The translations under genes were made by a program, and so were the position numbers. A stretch of 64,000 nucleotides of DNA from Amoebidium appalachense (Eukaryota; Protista; Ichthyosporea), in assembly GCA_963693365.1 (NCBI GenBank), contig CAVNZM010000007.1, positions 9,111,962 through 9,175,961 of the forward strand, given 5' to 3'. Numbering within the stretch: the first letter of the stretch is position 1; each line of letters opens with the position of its first letter. A model generated the notes under the pieces. It saw only the letters and a program-made list of their open reading frames with translations. It made no database searches and was not told the origin of the DNA. Below, piece after piece: positions 63,784 through 64,000 of this stretch.

Positions 63784-64000
63784 GAGGGGGGGGGGGGGGG
63801 GGGGGGGAAGGAAAAAGAGGAGGAGGGGGTGTACGTGTGGTTAGAGTATCGGGGAGGGGTGGAGGGGGCCGAGGGGGGTTTCATCACGTACCTCACTGAC
63901 AGAATATCCCAATGGATATCGTTGCTCCGAAAATTCCGGTCCCCTTCTGCCCTCCCTCCCCCCTCCCCACCCTTCTCATTTCCCCCCCTTCTTCCCCCTC

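Overview
Intron-rich eukaryotic genomic DNA. Introns are filled with poly-C/poly-G, (CA)n and (CT)n tracts, so most ORFs in the supplied track are microsatellite artefacts. Manual splicing at GT..AG junctions recovers four multi-exon genes: an OMA1-like M48 metallopeptidase (+), a GT77-like nucleotide-diphospho-sugar transferase (-), a cNMP-binding-domain/D-lactate dehydrogenase fusion (-) and a HAD hydrolase (+). There is also an intronless Myc-like bHLH-ZIP gene (-) and a disrupted class-3 lipase (-). Myc together with these non-animal-type enzymes suggests a unicellular holozoan, which is an inference only. The 21.4-32 kb block is a nest of mobile elements. It contains a decayed Ty1/Copia element whose 3' region has an array of covarying hairpins, and a ~5.4-kb element with Helitron2/Helentron-type ends carrying a membrane protein + OTU-like protease cargo and a nested 5'-truncated LINE. 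It also contains a TA-flanked pogo/Tc1-type TIR element that carries a captured gene fragment and sits in the lipase's last exon. Elsewhere, a 227-bp TG..CA element with tRNA-derived A/B boxes lies in an intron and a second LINE fragment (RNase H, zinc knuckle) lies near 61 kb. All calls are by eye from motifs; no database search was possible.
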